From positions 416,001 to 480,000 of the forward strand of contig CBDDEL010000014.1 of the NCBI GenBank assembly GCA_965226885.1: 64,000 bases of DNA. Reading direction: 5' to 3'. This DNA comes from Opitutales bacterium (GTDB taxonomy: Bacteria; Verrucomicrobiota; Verrucomicrobiia; Opitutales; UBA2987). A model generated the notes under the pieces. That model did not search any database, was not told the origin of the DNA, and worked only from the letters and a program-made list of their open reading frames with translations. This document shows, piece by piece, positions 44,744 through 57,672 of this stretch. The position numbers and the translations under genes were made by a program. The first letter of the stretch is position 1, and each line of letters starts with the position of its first letter.

Positions 44744-47700
44744 TCACGATACTCAGCCTCCGATCGCTGACCGATACCAGCGAGCAGGTGGAACATACTC
44801 ACGAGGTGATTCAAACGGCAAAGGAAATTGAGGCGTCTGCCGTTGATATGGAAACCGGCATGAGAGGCTACCTACTGGCGGGCAAGGAAGAATTTCTCGG
44901 TCCCTACAATTCTGGTCGTGTGAAGTTCTCTCAATTGAGCAAGGAATTGAAAAAGACGGTCAATGACAACCCCGCACAGGTAGAGCTGCTTGAAGAAATT
45001 CAGGAAAATATTGGCGGCTGGCAATCCAATGTCACCGAATCGACTATCGAGTTACGCAGAGAAATCGGCGATGCAAAAACCATGGACGATATTTCACGTC
45101 TCGTTGGGGAAAAAAGGGGGAAGGTATACTTCGACAAGTTTCGTGGACAGGTCAAAACCTTCATAGAGAGAGAAAGCAATCTTATGGCCGTACGGCAAAA
45201 GGAAGCCAAGGAAATGACGGCCAGAGGTTTAGAGAATGTTAACCTGCTGTATAAAACCACCGAATGGGTCGATCATACGCATGTGGTGATTCAAGAGGCG
45301 ATGAAAATAGAGGCTGCGGCCGTTGATATGGAGACCGGGATGCGAGGTTTCCTGCTCGCTGGTAAAGACGAGTTTCTTGGACCCTACACCGAGGGAAAAG
45401 CGAAATTTTTCGATTTAGTTACAAGTTTATCAAAGACCGTGGATGACAACCCCGCACAGGTAGTCCTGCTGGAAGATATAAGAAAAAACATCGGTGAGTG
45501 GCAGCAAAACGTCACGGAGCCAGCCATCAAGTTGCGTCGATCCGTTGGTAGGGGAAAGACAATGGATGATGTAGCAGCGCTCATTGGGGAAGCCAGGGGC
45601 AAGACCTACTTTGATAAGTTTCGTGGACAGATAGCGCGCTTCATAGAGAGGGAAGCAAGCCTTATGGCTGAACGCCAAGAGACCGCCAAGGTAATTTTTG
45701 CCGATACTACAAGTAACCTGCACTCACTGGAAGAAAGCACCGATATGGTCGATCACACCCATGAAGTGATTCAAGAGGCGATGAAAGTGGTGGCGTCGGC
45801 AGTTGATATGGAGACCGGGATGAGAGGCTACCTGTTGGCCGGTAAAGAAGAGTTTCTTGCTCCGTATGAGACTGGCAAAAACAATTTTTATGGGACACTC
45901 GAAAAACTGGCAAAGACCGTAAACGACAACCCCGCACAAGTGGCCCTGCTTAGTGAAATCAAAACAAATATCACAGGGTGGCAGGAAAAGGTCACGGAAT
46001 CGTCCATTGCCCTTCGGACAGAAATTGGCGATGCAAAAACCATGAATGATATGGCAAAGCTGATTGGAGAGGCAAGGGGCAAAGTCTATTTCGACAAATT
46101 TCGCGATCAGATAAAGACCTTCGTGGGAAGAGAGAACACCCTTATGGAATTGCGGAAAAAAGATGCCGATAAAACTTCGGCCAGTACGATGCTGACTGTA
46201 ATCTCGGGCACCATTATAACAATTTTAATAGCGGCCATCCTATCGTTTATCATCACCCGTGGCATCACCACCCCGTTGCGCCAGACGATGAATGTCCTCG
46301 AAGCTGTGGCAGATGGGGATTTAAGCAAGCAGATCGATCTCGACCGTAAAGACGAGATTGGCCAGATGGGTGATAATCTAAATAAGGCGACGGATTACAT
46401 AAGGGAAATTGCCGACGCTGCTGAATCCCTCGGTCGGAAGGACTTGACGGTCAAGGTCGTCCCAAAGTCCGGGCAGGATTTGCTATCACAGAACTTCATC
46501 AAAGCTGTGGATGGGATGAGCGGCGCCATTCAAGCCATCTCGGAGAACGCACATGTGCTGACCGGTTCATCGGCAGAGATGTTACAGGTAAGCCAGCAGC
46601 TGGCTGGCAATGCTGAGGAAACCTCCACGCAAGCCAATGTGGTATCGGCAGCCAGCGAACAGGTTACCAACAACGTTCAAACCGTAGCCACCGGGGCCGA
46701 GGAGATGAGCGCCAGCATCAAAGAGATCGCCCGCAACGCCACGGAGGCCACCGTGGTGGCCGACAAGGCCGTCGGCGTAGCCAAAAAAACCAACACCGTG
46801 ATAGGCAAACTGGCCGAGAGCAGCTCGCAGATCGGGCAAGTCATCAAGGTGATTACTTCCATTGCCGAGCAGACTAACCCGGATATTTCGTAAAAAAAGT
46901 ATCGTTGATATGCTTAACTGCTGATATACAGCAGGATAGATCAATAATTAAAGCAATATCAGCGATGACAAAAGGTAAACAATTAAAGCTACAGTTGACA
47001 AGGGTAAAAGGCCGCCGTGTGCGGGTTGATTTCAAGGGCGGAGAGGTTACTTCGGATGCCGGACTGCTTTTGATCCGGGAAGTGGATCGGCAGTTGGGCT
47101 TGACCGAACGAGCGGCCCGACAGTTAGTGGACAAACGGCAGAAGGGCAAAGTACGCCATGAGGTATTGGGGATGCTGCGGCAGCGCGTTTACGGGCTGGT
47201 GGCGGGCTATGAGGATTTGAACGACTTTGATACCCTGCGCCACGATCCATTGTTGCAAACGGTAACGGGGCGCATTGAAACGTTGGCCAGCGCGCCGACT
47301 TTGTGTCGTTTTGAAAACGGGCAGGATCGGCGGGCGGCCTTTGCGGTAAACGAGCTGTTGGTCGAACAGTTCATGGGCTCCTTTGCCGAGGAACCCGAAG
47401 AGATCATCCTGGACTTTGACGCCACCGACAATCCGGTGCACGGGCTCCAGGAGGGACGTTTTTTCCACGGTTATTATGATCATTACTGTTTTCTGCCGCT
47501 ATATGTTTTCTGCGGTGATCAGCTGCTGGTGGCCTACCTGCGGCCGAGCAAGATCGATGCCAGCAAGCATGCCGGGGCCATCCTCAAATTGCTGGTTAAA
47601 CGGATTCGCCAAAGCTGGCCCCGTACGCGGATTATTTGGCGCGCCGACAGTGGATTTTGTCGAGACCGGATACTCTCTTGGTGCGACCGCAACGAAGTTA

Positions 47701-49082
47701 GTTACATCGTGGGGATGGCTCGCAATGCACGCTTGCAGCAAGACGCCCAGCAGTTGCAAAAGCAGGCCAAAGAATGGTTCGAACTAAGGGGTAAAAAACA
47801 ACGGTTATTCCAGGACTTCGTCTATGCTGCCGATTCGTGGCGATGGCTGCGGTTGGTCATCCATAAAGCCGAACACACCGCACAGGGGTCCAACCCGCGC
47901 TTCGTGGTGACGAACCTGCCGGGCGATCCCCAGGAGCTTTACGACAAGGTATACTGTGGCCGCGGTGAAATGGAGAACCGAATCAAGGAACAGATGCAAT
48001 TGTTCAGCGAGCGCACCAGCGCCCATCAATGGTGGGCCAATCAGTGGCGATTGCTCTTGTCGGCGCTGGCCTACACCTTGATGGAAGCCATGCGCCGGTT
48101 AGCCTTAAAAGGGACGAAGTGGGCGCGGGCCCAATGCCACACCCTGCGGCTCAAATTAATCAAGATCGGAGCGGTCATCGTGCGCAACACCCGAACGATT
48201 CACTTTCACCTAAGTGAGAGTTATCCTTGGGCCAGTCTTTTCAACCATGCGGCCCGCCGATTGGTGCCAACCTAAAGGGTGCATTGGTGCTGCCCCCGGC
48301 ACTACCGAACCAATGGGGGAAAGGGGGCAGTGTCTCTACACCCTGAAAAACACCTAAAAATCAAGACGATCTGCTCAAAATACAAAGAAATCCATCTCCA
48401 ATAGCAATAACGAGCACGAGCCAAACTTTACCCTTCATGAAATATCCGGGCTAATCTGCTCGCCCTTAACGCCACCATCGAAGCGGCCCGGGCCGGCGAG
48501 GCCGGCAAGGGATTCGCCGTAGTGGCTAGCGAGGTCAAGGAATTAGCCAAAGAGACGAGCAAGGCGACCGAGGACATCGGCAAGAAAATTCAGGCCATTC
48601 AGAAAGATACTGATAGTTCAGTCAAAGCCATCCAAGAGATCAGCGATATCATCGGTCAGATTAGCGGCATCCAGAACACTATCGCCACGGCGGTGGAAGA
48701 GCAGAGCGCAACAACCAACGAAATCGTGAGGAATGTAAGCGAGGCGGCCAAGGGTAGCGCAGAGATTTCCCAGAACATCAACGGGGTGGCCACGGCAGCC
48801 CAGAGCACCACATCAGGTGTCTCTAATATTCAGCAGTCTGCCGAGGAACTTTCCCGCATGGCGGCGGACCTGCAAGGCCTGGTGCAGCAGTTTAAATATA
48901 ATCAAATAGACAGTGCAACTAAACTGCCGGTTGGCAATGAAAATGGAAACGGTATCTCTGATCAGAGTGTTCATGTTCAATCCTCAGTGATCCTCGACGC
49001 CGCTCAGGCGAATACGGATCAGCTTGAAGATATGGATGAGTCGGAGCTTCAACCAATCGGAGGAGAGTTCAGTCGTATCTAG
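44744..49082 (+). pseudogene. Methyl-accepting chemotaxis protein with three CHASE3 domains; 5'-truncated and interrupted by IS1380 copy 6
   Basis: Three repeats of HTHxVIQ...DMETGMRGxLLAGKxEFLxPY, then TM and HAMP. The signalling hairpin [34 protein letters not shown] is split by the IS. Confidence 0.93.
46878..48450 (+). mobile_element. IS1380 copy 6 (transposase 46905..48275 intact)
   Basis: CTAA is duplicated at 46874-46877 and 48451-48454. Length is 1573 bp because of a 6-bp duplication near the right end. Confidence 0.96.
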
Positions 49083-49115
49083 AGCCTAAGGCTTTCTCTT
49101 ACTCGGAGATGTGTA

Positions 49116-49153
49116 GGCTCAAAACCGTGCGTTCCTACGAACGGTTTTGAGCC
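49116..49153. terminator. Stem-loop downstream of the MCP gene
   Basis: 13-bp arms GGCTCAAAACCGT / ACGGTTTTGAGCC. Confidence 0.55.
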
Positions 49154-49216
49154 ATTCTTCAAGGACTTATAACTACAAATTCAAGAGAACGAGTTAATAA
49201 ACATAAAGGATTAAAA

Positions 49217-50423
49217 ATGAAAACCACAAAGTCAGTAATAATAACTGTATTGGAGATAATGATATCAGTATCGGTTTGGGCATCAGAGCAGACTGCCAGT
49301 GAGGCCCAAGAGAGGCCATTGGGTCGTAACGGAATCATCACCGACCTAACCTACACGGGTGAAGTATGGAACAACCTGAGTGGCGGGGTTAACAGCGACG
49401 ATGGGGCCCATTATACCGGGCGCTTCGACATGTATATTCGCGCGGATCTGGATAAAATGGACTTTGGTCCGGATGGTGTCGCAGTGCTTCACTTCCAGGA
49501 CTTGCGCGGCCGGGGAATCACCGAAGGCATTACCGGGGCACACCAGAGAATCAGTAATATCGATGGCAACTCGGGGGCAGGCTTTGACCTCACCCAATTG
49601 AGCCAGTTTTGGTATGAGCGAAGCGCGATGGGCGGACGGCTTGCCGTCAGGTTGGGAAGGATCCTCGCCGATACCGAGTTCGCCGGGGCCACACTGGGGG
49701 GCGATTTCATCAACACCTCCTTGGGATGGACCCACACGATTCCCATGCCCGCCTACCCGGATCCCGCCTACGGGGCGGTGGCATTCTTTCAACTCAGTGA
49801 TTTGATCGGGTTCAAGGCCGGTGTATGGGACGGCGCCCCCAATGGCCGCAATTATGGGTTTTCCGGTGCAGGCGATGTTTTCTCCATCTATCAGTTCACG
49901 GCCAACTACACTCTGTTTGACAGTCAGTTATCCGGCAATTCGCATATCGGCACATGGTACCACAGCGGCCAGTTCGGAGACCAGGCCGGTGGCTCCGTCC
50001 ACGACGGGAACTATGGCGTCTATTTGGGCCTTAGCCAATTTTTGACCAGAGAACAAACTGCGAATGAAGGCGAAGAGCAGGGTCTGGGCATGTTTTTACA
50101 GTTCGGCTGGGCCCCCAAGGACCGTAATAAAGCTAAAATTTACTGGGGTGGCGGCCTGGTTTACAAAGGTTTATTACCAGGCAGAGACGTAGACAGCGTT
50201 GGGATTGGTATTGGAAACATGAGTTTCAGCGGTGAACTCCCGGGTAATCGGAGCGACGAAACGATGATCGAACTGTTCTACAAAGCCCGCCTCAACCAGC
50301 ACATCCTGATTCAGCCTGATTTGCAGTATATTACCAACCCCAATGGAACAGAACCTTACCAACCCCAATGGAACAGAACCCAATGCTTTCGCCTTGGGAT
50401 TGAGATTCCAATTCGCTTATTAA
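49217..50423 (+). pseudogene. OprB-family carbohydrate porin, C-terminus frameshifted by a 25-bp duplication
   Basis: YTGEVWNNLSGG, QFWYE, IELFYKA and IQPDLQYITNP motifs. Removing the duplicate (50331-50380) restores NAFALGLRFQFAY*. Confidence 0.88.
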
Positions 50424-50653
50424 AAAAAGAAGCGCTCTCCATACCGTCATTGGGACAGGAATATCTTTCCGAAAAACTAACATGAAATTTACCTGTAATT
50501 CATAGACTATTGACCAACGCGCCGGGTAGATTCCGCCTTTTAACCCGGCGCGGAAAAATCGCCAAGAGACGCCGGACACCTCCGCCAACATTAATTTGGA
50601 AACGGAGGGGTCCGGCGTTTCTTTGTTATCTTTTAAAATTATAAAATACAAAT

Positions 50654-51583
50654 TCAGGTTTTTTGGCGTTCTCCGGCAAATAAAAACTGTTGGGCCAGCC
50701 CAGCTTGGGGGCCGAAGTGGGTGCGACCGAAATGGGCGATCTGCTCCCGTTTCCAGCCATCCAGACGGTATTGCCGCCGCATGGCCTTTTCTATCCATAC
50801 ATCGACCGGAAACGACTCCAGCCTGCCCGCACCGAAGAGGAGCACGCAATCGGCGACTTTTTGCCCGACTCCCGGCAACCGCTGCAATTGCTTGTGGGCT
50901 TCCGGGTATGGGAGCGATTGCAAGCGGTTGAGAAAACCGGGATCATTGGCCAGCGCTTGGGCGGTTTGTTTTATGTATTTGGCCCGGTAGCCAGCCTTGC
51001 AGAGCCGCAACTCGACCTCCGGAATATCCAACAGTGTTTTCCAGTCGGGCAGCGAATAGTCATCTTCGGATATTCTTTGCCCCAATCGGCGGGCGGCAGT
51101 TTCGCAAATTTGTTTGATCTGCACAATTTGCTTGTTGGAGCTGCAGAGGAAACAGAAAAGAGTCTCGCCTAAGGGTTGACGCAGAATGCGCAATCCGCGC
51201 CATTCCAGCATGGCTGCATGTAGGATTGGGTCGCTTCGCCAGGGCAGCCTGTCGGTGAGTTCTTCATAATTGCGATCGGAACCGAAATAGCGCTTGATTT
51301 CCGGCCGCATTGGTTTTTCCAGGGCAAAGGGGCATTTCCATTGCAGATCGCCATTGGTTGCCAGCCTGACACTGGCCCGCGATCGTCCCCAGATGCCCGT
51401 CCATTCTCCTCTGCCCGATTGTTTCCAGCGAAAGGCCTGGCCGCCATCGAGGGTTTCAGCCAAGGAGCGCGGGGTGAAGGGCGTCGAAGACTCCAGAATT
51501 TTCCACCGGGTCCAGCCATCCGATTTCTCAGGGCGATCTCCAGAGAAAACTTTCTTTTTCTGCGATGGTATTGCCTCGGGCAT
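50654..51583 (-). CDS. 8-oxoguanine DNA glycosylase (HhH-GPD, OGG-type)
   Basis: TLDGGQAFRW, GLRILRQ, GYRAKYI, LPGVGQKVADCVLLF and FPVDVW motifs. Confidence 0.9.
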   Translation of the reverse strand: MPEAIPSQKKKVFSGDRPEKSDGWTRWKILESSTPFTPRSLAETLDGGQAFRWKQSGRGEWTGIWGRSRASVRLATNGDLQWKCPFALEKPMRPEIKRYFGSDRNYEELTDRLPWRSDPILHAAMLEWRGLRILRQPLGETLFCFLCSSNKQIVQIKQICETAARRLGQRISEDDYSLPDWKTLLDIPEVELRLCKAGYRAKYIKQTAQALANDPGFLNRLQSLPYPEAHKQLQRLPGVGQKVADCVLLFGAGRLESFPVDVWIEKAMRRQYRLDGWKREQIAHFGRTHFGPQAGLAQQFLFAGERQKT

Positions 51584-52067
51584 CTTGAAGGGTCAGGCGC
51601 CAGGCCAGAATTTTGGTTTCATTTTGCGCCCAGTCACTACCAGTAATGCCGGCAAAAATTTCACGGGTTTTCGGCATCCCGGAGGGCAGGTGAAGGAGAA
51701 ACTGTTTTTCCTGTATTGACTCGCCCGTAATGATTTCGAGTTTGATCTGGGAATTTTCGGGCAGGTTGCGAACGTTTTGATTGAGGGTAATGATAAAGTA
51801 CTCACCGGCGCGGACATCCGCCTTGGTTCGGACAATCGCCCTCCGTCCCCGGTTTTCTTTTCCAGTGAAAAATTCACTTAGGCGCTGAAAATAATTTTCT
51901 TCCAGGAATTGATGGTGGACGGTCTTTATTACCACATCGGCTATGCCTGGTGAAGCCGGAATCTGGAATGCGAGGAGCACCGTGGCGATGCCCCATCCGG
52001 TAAAATCCGGCCATTTAATCATGGCTTGAGGTTTTGTCGCAGAGAGGGCATTGTCAAAGTTAATCAT
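51580..52067 (-). CDS. Hypothetical, probably exported protein
   Basis: Open frame abutting the glycosylase start, with a hydrophobic N-terminal stretch. The start is uncertain. Confidence 0.55.
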
Positions 52068-52143
52068 CGTCTGCAATGGGTTTGCCTGGATAAATTTTAT
52101 GCCGACAATGAGCCGATTTATGGTGAAAGATTCATTAAACTCG

Positions 52144-52947
52144 ATGTATAGCAAGGTGCTGGTGACGGGGGCAAGCGCCGGACTGGGGGAAGGTTTTGTG
52201 CGCATGCTGCTGGATGAAGGTCTGGAAGTTTGGGGGACTTCCCGCAGGCCCCGGCAATTGCCCGAAAGAGATAGATTTCATCCAGTGGAGCTGGATTTGC
52301 GCAATGCCGATTCCCTGAAAGATTTTCTGGACAACGTTCTTCGGCAGGGGCCTCCTTTCGATCTCGTCGTCAACAATGCCGGGTATGGCGCGTTTTACCC
52401 CTTTGATAAATTTCCCGAGAACGAAATAGGTGGCCAAATCGATGTTCTTTTGTCGGGTCCGATACAAATCTGCCGCCAGGCTTATTCCGGCATGCACCAG
52501 CGTGGACACGGTGTTCTGGTCAATGTCTCCTCCTTGGCGGCGGAATTTCCATTGCCCTACATGAGCCTTTACAATGCTTCCAAAAGCGGATTATCGGGTT
52601 TTTCTCAAAGCTTGATTCTGGAATCCCGTGGTTCGGGAGTGACGGTGATCGATTTCCAACCCGGCGATTTCAGAACATCATTCAATGCAGTCATGAAACG
52701 CGATGCGGCCTTGGGGGAGGGAAATCCACAAGTTTCCGCCGCCTGGGATGCGATCGAAAAGAAGCTCAAGAGCGGCCCGCCGGTCGAAATTGCCGTCCAG
52801 AAACTGCGCAAAGCCCTACTCAGACCGCGAAGCGGAACCGTTCGCACGGGCCGGTTTTTCCAGGCTGTCCTGTCCCCATTTATGACGCGATTCCTGCCAC
52901 GGAACGCCATTCTGTGGTTCATTCGCCGCTATTACGGCATGAGATAA
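52144..52947 (+). CDS. SDR family oxidoreductase
   Basis: VLVTGASAGLG, VNNAGYG and YNASK motifs. Confidence 0.92.
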   Translation: MYSKVLVTGASAGLGEGFVRMLLDEGLEVWGTSRRPRQLPERDRFHPVELDLRNADSLKDFLDNVLRQGPPFDLVVNNAGYGAFYPFDKFPENEIGGQIDVLLSGPIQICRQAYSGMHQRGHGVLVNVSSLAAEFPLPYMSLYNASKSGLSGFSQSLILESRGSGVTVIDFQPGDFRTSFNAVMKRDAALGEGNPQVSAAWDAIEKKLKSGPPVEIAVQKLRKALLRPRSGTVRTGRFFQAVLSPFMTRFLPRNAILWFIRRYYGMR

Positions 52948-53053
52948 AACTCCATCCGCAAGTTCGATCAAAAAGGAGGTAAACGAGGACAACTTTACCT
53001 GGCGGTAGGGGAGGTCGGATTATCTTGATAAATATGCAAAATATCTTATATTA

Positions 53054-54574
53054 GAGGCTGTCCCAAAAGGGTGATTTTTGCGAGGGCTTTTGATAGGCGC
53101 TCATTTTAGAGGTATTTGCATTTGGGAGAGTATCAACTTTGGGGAGAGTATCAACTTTGCTCTCCTATGACGTTAGGATACTGGTTTTGGGGTCCGGTTG
53201 CCTGGTTTTCTTTGTATGAGCCGACAGTAAGGCTGTGAAAAAGTATTGTCCTTGCTTTTCCGCTCTCTAGGCCGCCGCTTTGGTTTTTAGTTCGTCTTGC
53301 TGGGCCAGCATCTTGGCTACTTTCCATAGGTTGTGCGAGAGTACCGACCAGGCTACGCTGATCGAGCGGTTGGCAAAGCCTTTGCTGCGCAACCGCCCGG
53401 CCTGCCAGCGATTCTTCAATACCCCGATCCGCCCTTCGGTGCTGGCCCGGCGCTTTTGCAATTGTCTGAACAGTGGTTCCTCCATCCGTTTTTTCAACTG
53501 CTTCGGATCGCGTGGACAGAGCGCGTCGTAGATTCCCTCCTGGGCTAACTGCCGGCGGGCCCGCTGGGAGGCAAATCCCCGGTCCGCGCACATGGCCGCT
53601 ATGGGTTCTTCCAGGTTGAAGCGGTTCTGTCTTTGCAAACTCTCTTGCATTTGTTCATTTTCGCTTGGAGTTCGGCTGCCGTAGAGTTTCCAGTCCAGCA
53701 GGTACCCTTCAACGCTTTCTCCCAAAAACAGGGTGTTGCCGAACTCGACCTCTTGGCCCGCTTTACCTCGCACAATCACCTGCCCATCGAGTTCGTAAAC
53801 ACTCAAGACTTTCTCTGCGTTTTTCACCTGGCGGCCGCCAATGATCCGCTCGTGCGCCTGTTTGATGACCACCGGGATTTGCTCGCTCATGCGCTCCATC
53901 CGGGCGAGGATCTGTTGGACCTGTTTTTCGCTGTAATCGCTTTGCTCCCAGCAGGCTTGCAATAATTCCCGGTGACTGCGGGCATGCTCCCCGATCCGTT
54001 TGAGCAGCTTTTTCATCTGCCTCAAGATACCCTTGCGCTGCCGCGCGCTGTCCTTTCGCCGCCGGCTGTGGGTCATCTGTATGCACAGCCGATTCATCTG
54101 CCGAGCCAAGGGCTCCGGTTCGATCGGCATGCGATGGAGCAAACCGGCCTTCTCGCGGATCAGCCGGATCGCTTTGAGCAACGTGCCGGCTACATCCTTG
54201 AGTAATACCCAGTCCGTCGGCCAATGAATGTTAGCCTCCAAACAGGTGCCGTCGATCAGGCAAATGGTGGTGTCAATCGGCTTGTCCAATCCCACCTGCC
54301 GGGCCAGAAGGGCATCGCCCACCACCTCAGTCAAGGTCCGGTGCAAGGCCCTCAACTGCTCTTCGCTGAAAAACTTCGAGGCCCGCTCCAGGGTGCTTTT
54401 GGAGATGCCCCTGATGCCATCGATCTGCCGGACACGGCAAAAGTCGGCCAACAGATCGCTGCTGCCCAGAGCCCGCGACAAATGCCGAAACGAAATCCCT
54501 CCGAGCAGACGGCCCAGCGTATCCATGCGCAGTGCCTTGATGGCAAAACTGGCCCGCTGCCGCCGGGCCTTTAG
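53054..54574 (-). mobile_element. IS5-like/ISNCY element, copy B, 5'-truncated by IS1380 copy 7
   Basis: Same IR and transposase as copy A. The sequence stops at the TTAG next to the IS1380 end and does not resume. Confidence 0.9.
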
Positions 54575-57513
54575 CCCGGATATTTCGTAAAAAAAGTATC
54601 GTTGATATGCTTAACTGCTGATATACAGCAGGATAGATCAATAATTAAAGCAATATCAGCGATGACAAAAGGTAAACAATTAAAGCTACAGTTGACAAGG
54701 GTAAAAGGCCGCCGTGTGCGGGTTGATTTCAAGGGCGGAGAGGTTACTTCGGATGCCGGACTGCTTTTGATCCGGGAAGTGGATCGGCAGTTGGGCTTGA
54801 CCGAACGAGCGGCCCGACAGTTAGTGGACAAACGGCAGAAGGGCAAAGTACGCCATGAGGTATTGGGGATGCTGCGGCAGCGCGTTTACGGGCTGGTGGC
54901 GGGCTATGAGGATTTGAACGACTTTGATACCCTGCGCCACGATCCATTGTTGCAAACGGTAACGGGGCGCATTGAAACGTTGGCCAGCGCGCCGACTTTG
55001 TGTCGTTTTGAAAACGGGCAGGATCGGCGGGCGGCCTTTGCGGTAAACGAGCTGTTGGTCGAACAGTTCATGGGCTCCTTTGCCGAGGAACCCGAAGAGA
55101 TCATCCTGGACTTTGACGCCACCGACAATCCGGTGCACGGGCTCCAGGAGGGACGTTTTTTCCACGGTTATTATGATCATTACTGTTTTCTGCCGCTATA
55201 TGTTTTTTGCGGTGATCAGCTGCTGGTGGCCTACCTGCGGCCGAGCAAGATCGATGCCAGCAAGCATGCCGGGGCCATCCTCAAATTGCTGGTTAAACGG
55301 ATTCGCCAAAGCTGGCCCCGTACGCGGATTATTTGGCGCGCCGACAGTGGATTTTGTCGAGACCGGATACTCTCTTGGTGCGACCGCAACGAAGTTAGTT
55401 ACATCGTGGGGATGGCTCGCAATGCACGCTTGCAGCAAGACGCCCAGCAGTTGCAAAAGCAGGCCAAGGAATGGTTCGAACTAAGGGGTAAAAAACAACG
55501 GTTATTCCAGGACTTCGTCTATGCTGCCGATTCGTGGCGATGGCTGCGGTTGGTCATCCATAAAGCCGAACACACCGCACAGGGGTCCAACCCGCGCTTC
55601 GTGGTGACGAACCTGCCGGGCGATCCCCAGGAGCTTTACGACAAGGTATACTGTGGCCGCGGTGAAATGGAGAACCGAATCAAGGAACAGATGCAATTGT
55701 TCAGCGAGCGCACCAGCGCCCATCAATGGTGGGCCAATCAGTGGCGATTGCTCTTGTCGGCGCTGGCCTACACCTTGATGGAAGCCATGCGCCGGTTAGC
55801 CCGGATATTTCATGAAGGGTAAAGTTTGGCTCGTTATTGCTATTAGAGATGGATTTCTTTGTATTTTGAGCAGATCGTCTTGATTTTTAGGTGTTTTTCA
55901 GGGTGTAGAGACACTGCCCCCTTTCCCCCCATTGGTTCGGTAGTGCCGGGGGCAGCACCAATGCACCCTTTAGGTTGGCACCAATCGGCGGGCCGCATGG
56001 TTGAAAAGACTGGCCCAAGGATAACTCTCACTTAGGTGAAAGTGAATCGTTCGGGTGTTGCGCACGATGACCGCTCCGATCTTGATTAATTTGAGCCGCA
56101 GGGTGTGGCATTGGGCCCGCGCCCACTTCGTCCCTTTTAAGGCTAACCGGCGCATGGCTTCCATCAAGGTGTAGGCCAGCGCCGACAAGAGCAATCGCCA
56201 CTGATTGGCCCACCATTGATGGGCGCTGGTGCGCTCGCTGAACAATTGCATCTGTTCCTTGATTTGGTTCTCCATTTCACCGCGGCCACAGTATACCTTG
56301 TCGTAAAGCTCCTGGGGATCGCCCGGCAGGTTCGTCACCACGAAGCGCGGGTTGGACCCCTGTGCGGTGTGTTCGGCTTTATGGATGACCAACCGCAGCC
56401 ATCGCCACGAATCGGCAGCATAGACGAAGTCCTGGAATAACCGTTGTTTTTTACCCCTTAGTTCGAACCATTCTTTGGCCTGCTTTTGCAACTGCTGGGC
56501 GTCTTGCTGCAAGCGTGCATTGCGAGCCATCCCCACGATGTAACTAACTTCGTTGCGGTCGCACCAAGAGAGTATCCGGTCTCGACAAAATCCACTGTCG
56601 GCGCGCCAAATAATCCGCGTACGGGGCCAGCTTTGGCGAATCCGTTTAACCAGCAATTTGAGGATGGCCCCGGCATGCTTGCTGGCATCGATCTTGCTCG
56701 GCCGCAGGTAGGCCACCAGCAGCTGATCACCGCAAAAAACATATAGCGGCAGAAAACAGTAATGATCATAATAACCGTGGAAAAAACGTCCCTCCTGGAG
56801 CCCGTGCACCGGATTGTCGGTGGCGTCAAAGTCCAGGATGATCTCTTCGGGTTCCTCGGCAAAGGAGCCCATGAACTGTTCGACCAACAGCTCGTTTACC
56901 GCAAAGGCCGCCCGCCGATCCTGCCCGTTTTCAAAACGACACAAAGTCGGCGCGCTGGCCAACGTTTCAATGCGCCCCGTTACCGTTTGCAACAATGGAT
57001 CGTGGCGCAGGGTATCAAAGTCGTTCAAATCCTCATAGCCCGCCACCAGCCCGTAAACGCGCTGCCGCAGCATCCCCAAGACCTCATGGCGTACTTTGCC
57101 CTTCTGCCGTTTGTCCACTAACTGTCGGGCCGCTCGTTCGGTCAAGCCCAACTGCCGATCCACTTCCCGGATCAAAAGCAGTCCGGCATCCGAAGTAACC
57201 TCTCCGCCCTTGAAATCAACCCGCACACGGCGGCCTTTTACCCTTGTCAACTGTAGCTTTAATTATTGATCTATCCTGCTGTATATCAGCAGTTAAGCAT
57301 ATCAACGATACTTTTTTTACGAAATATCCGGGCTAAAGGGTGCATTGGTGCTGCCCCCGGCACTACCGAACCAATGGGGGAAAGGGGGCAGTTTCTCTAC
57401 ACCCTGAAAAACACCTAAAAATCAAGACGATCTGCTCAAAATACAAAGAAATCCATCTCCATCTCCAATAGCAATAACACGAGCCAAACTTTACCCTTCA
57501 TGAAATATCCGGG
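54575..57513 (+). mobile_element. IS1380 copy 7 (truncated at 55799; a 3' end resumes at 57333..57513), enclosing copy 8
   Basis: Left IR at 54575, transposase broken at RRLA, right IR ending at 57513. The outer flanks TTAG and CTAA do not match. Confidence 0.9.
55800..57332 (-). mobile_element. IS1380 copy 8 (inverted, nested; 35-bp deletion removes the probable start region)
   Basis: Both IRs are present. The deletion lies between GCTTTAATT direct repeats; the flanks are TTAG and CTAA. Confidence 0.92.
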
Positions 57514-57672
57514 CTAAATCTACGTAAATCTGCATGCCCTACATGCTAAACATGCTCTGTAAGGCATAATAGGGGAAAGGAGGATATGTTATAAGGACCC
57601 AAATAGCATTCAAAGCATGCAAGCATGCATTTCAGTATTGAGATGCAAACTCCCATCCTCGCACCTAAAAAA

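Noticed and set aside
44491..46893. 800-aa ORF as a novel fusion protein
   Set aside because: It reads through an IS21 end, an IS5-like fragment and a truncated MCP into an IS1380 end, so it is a junction artefact.
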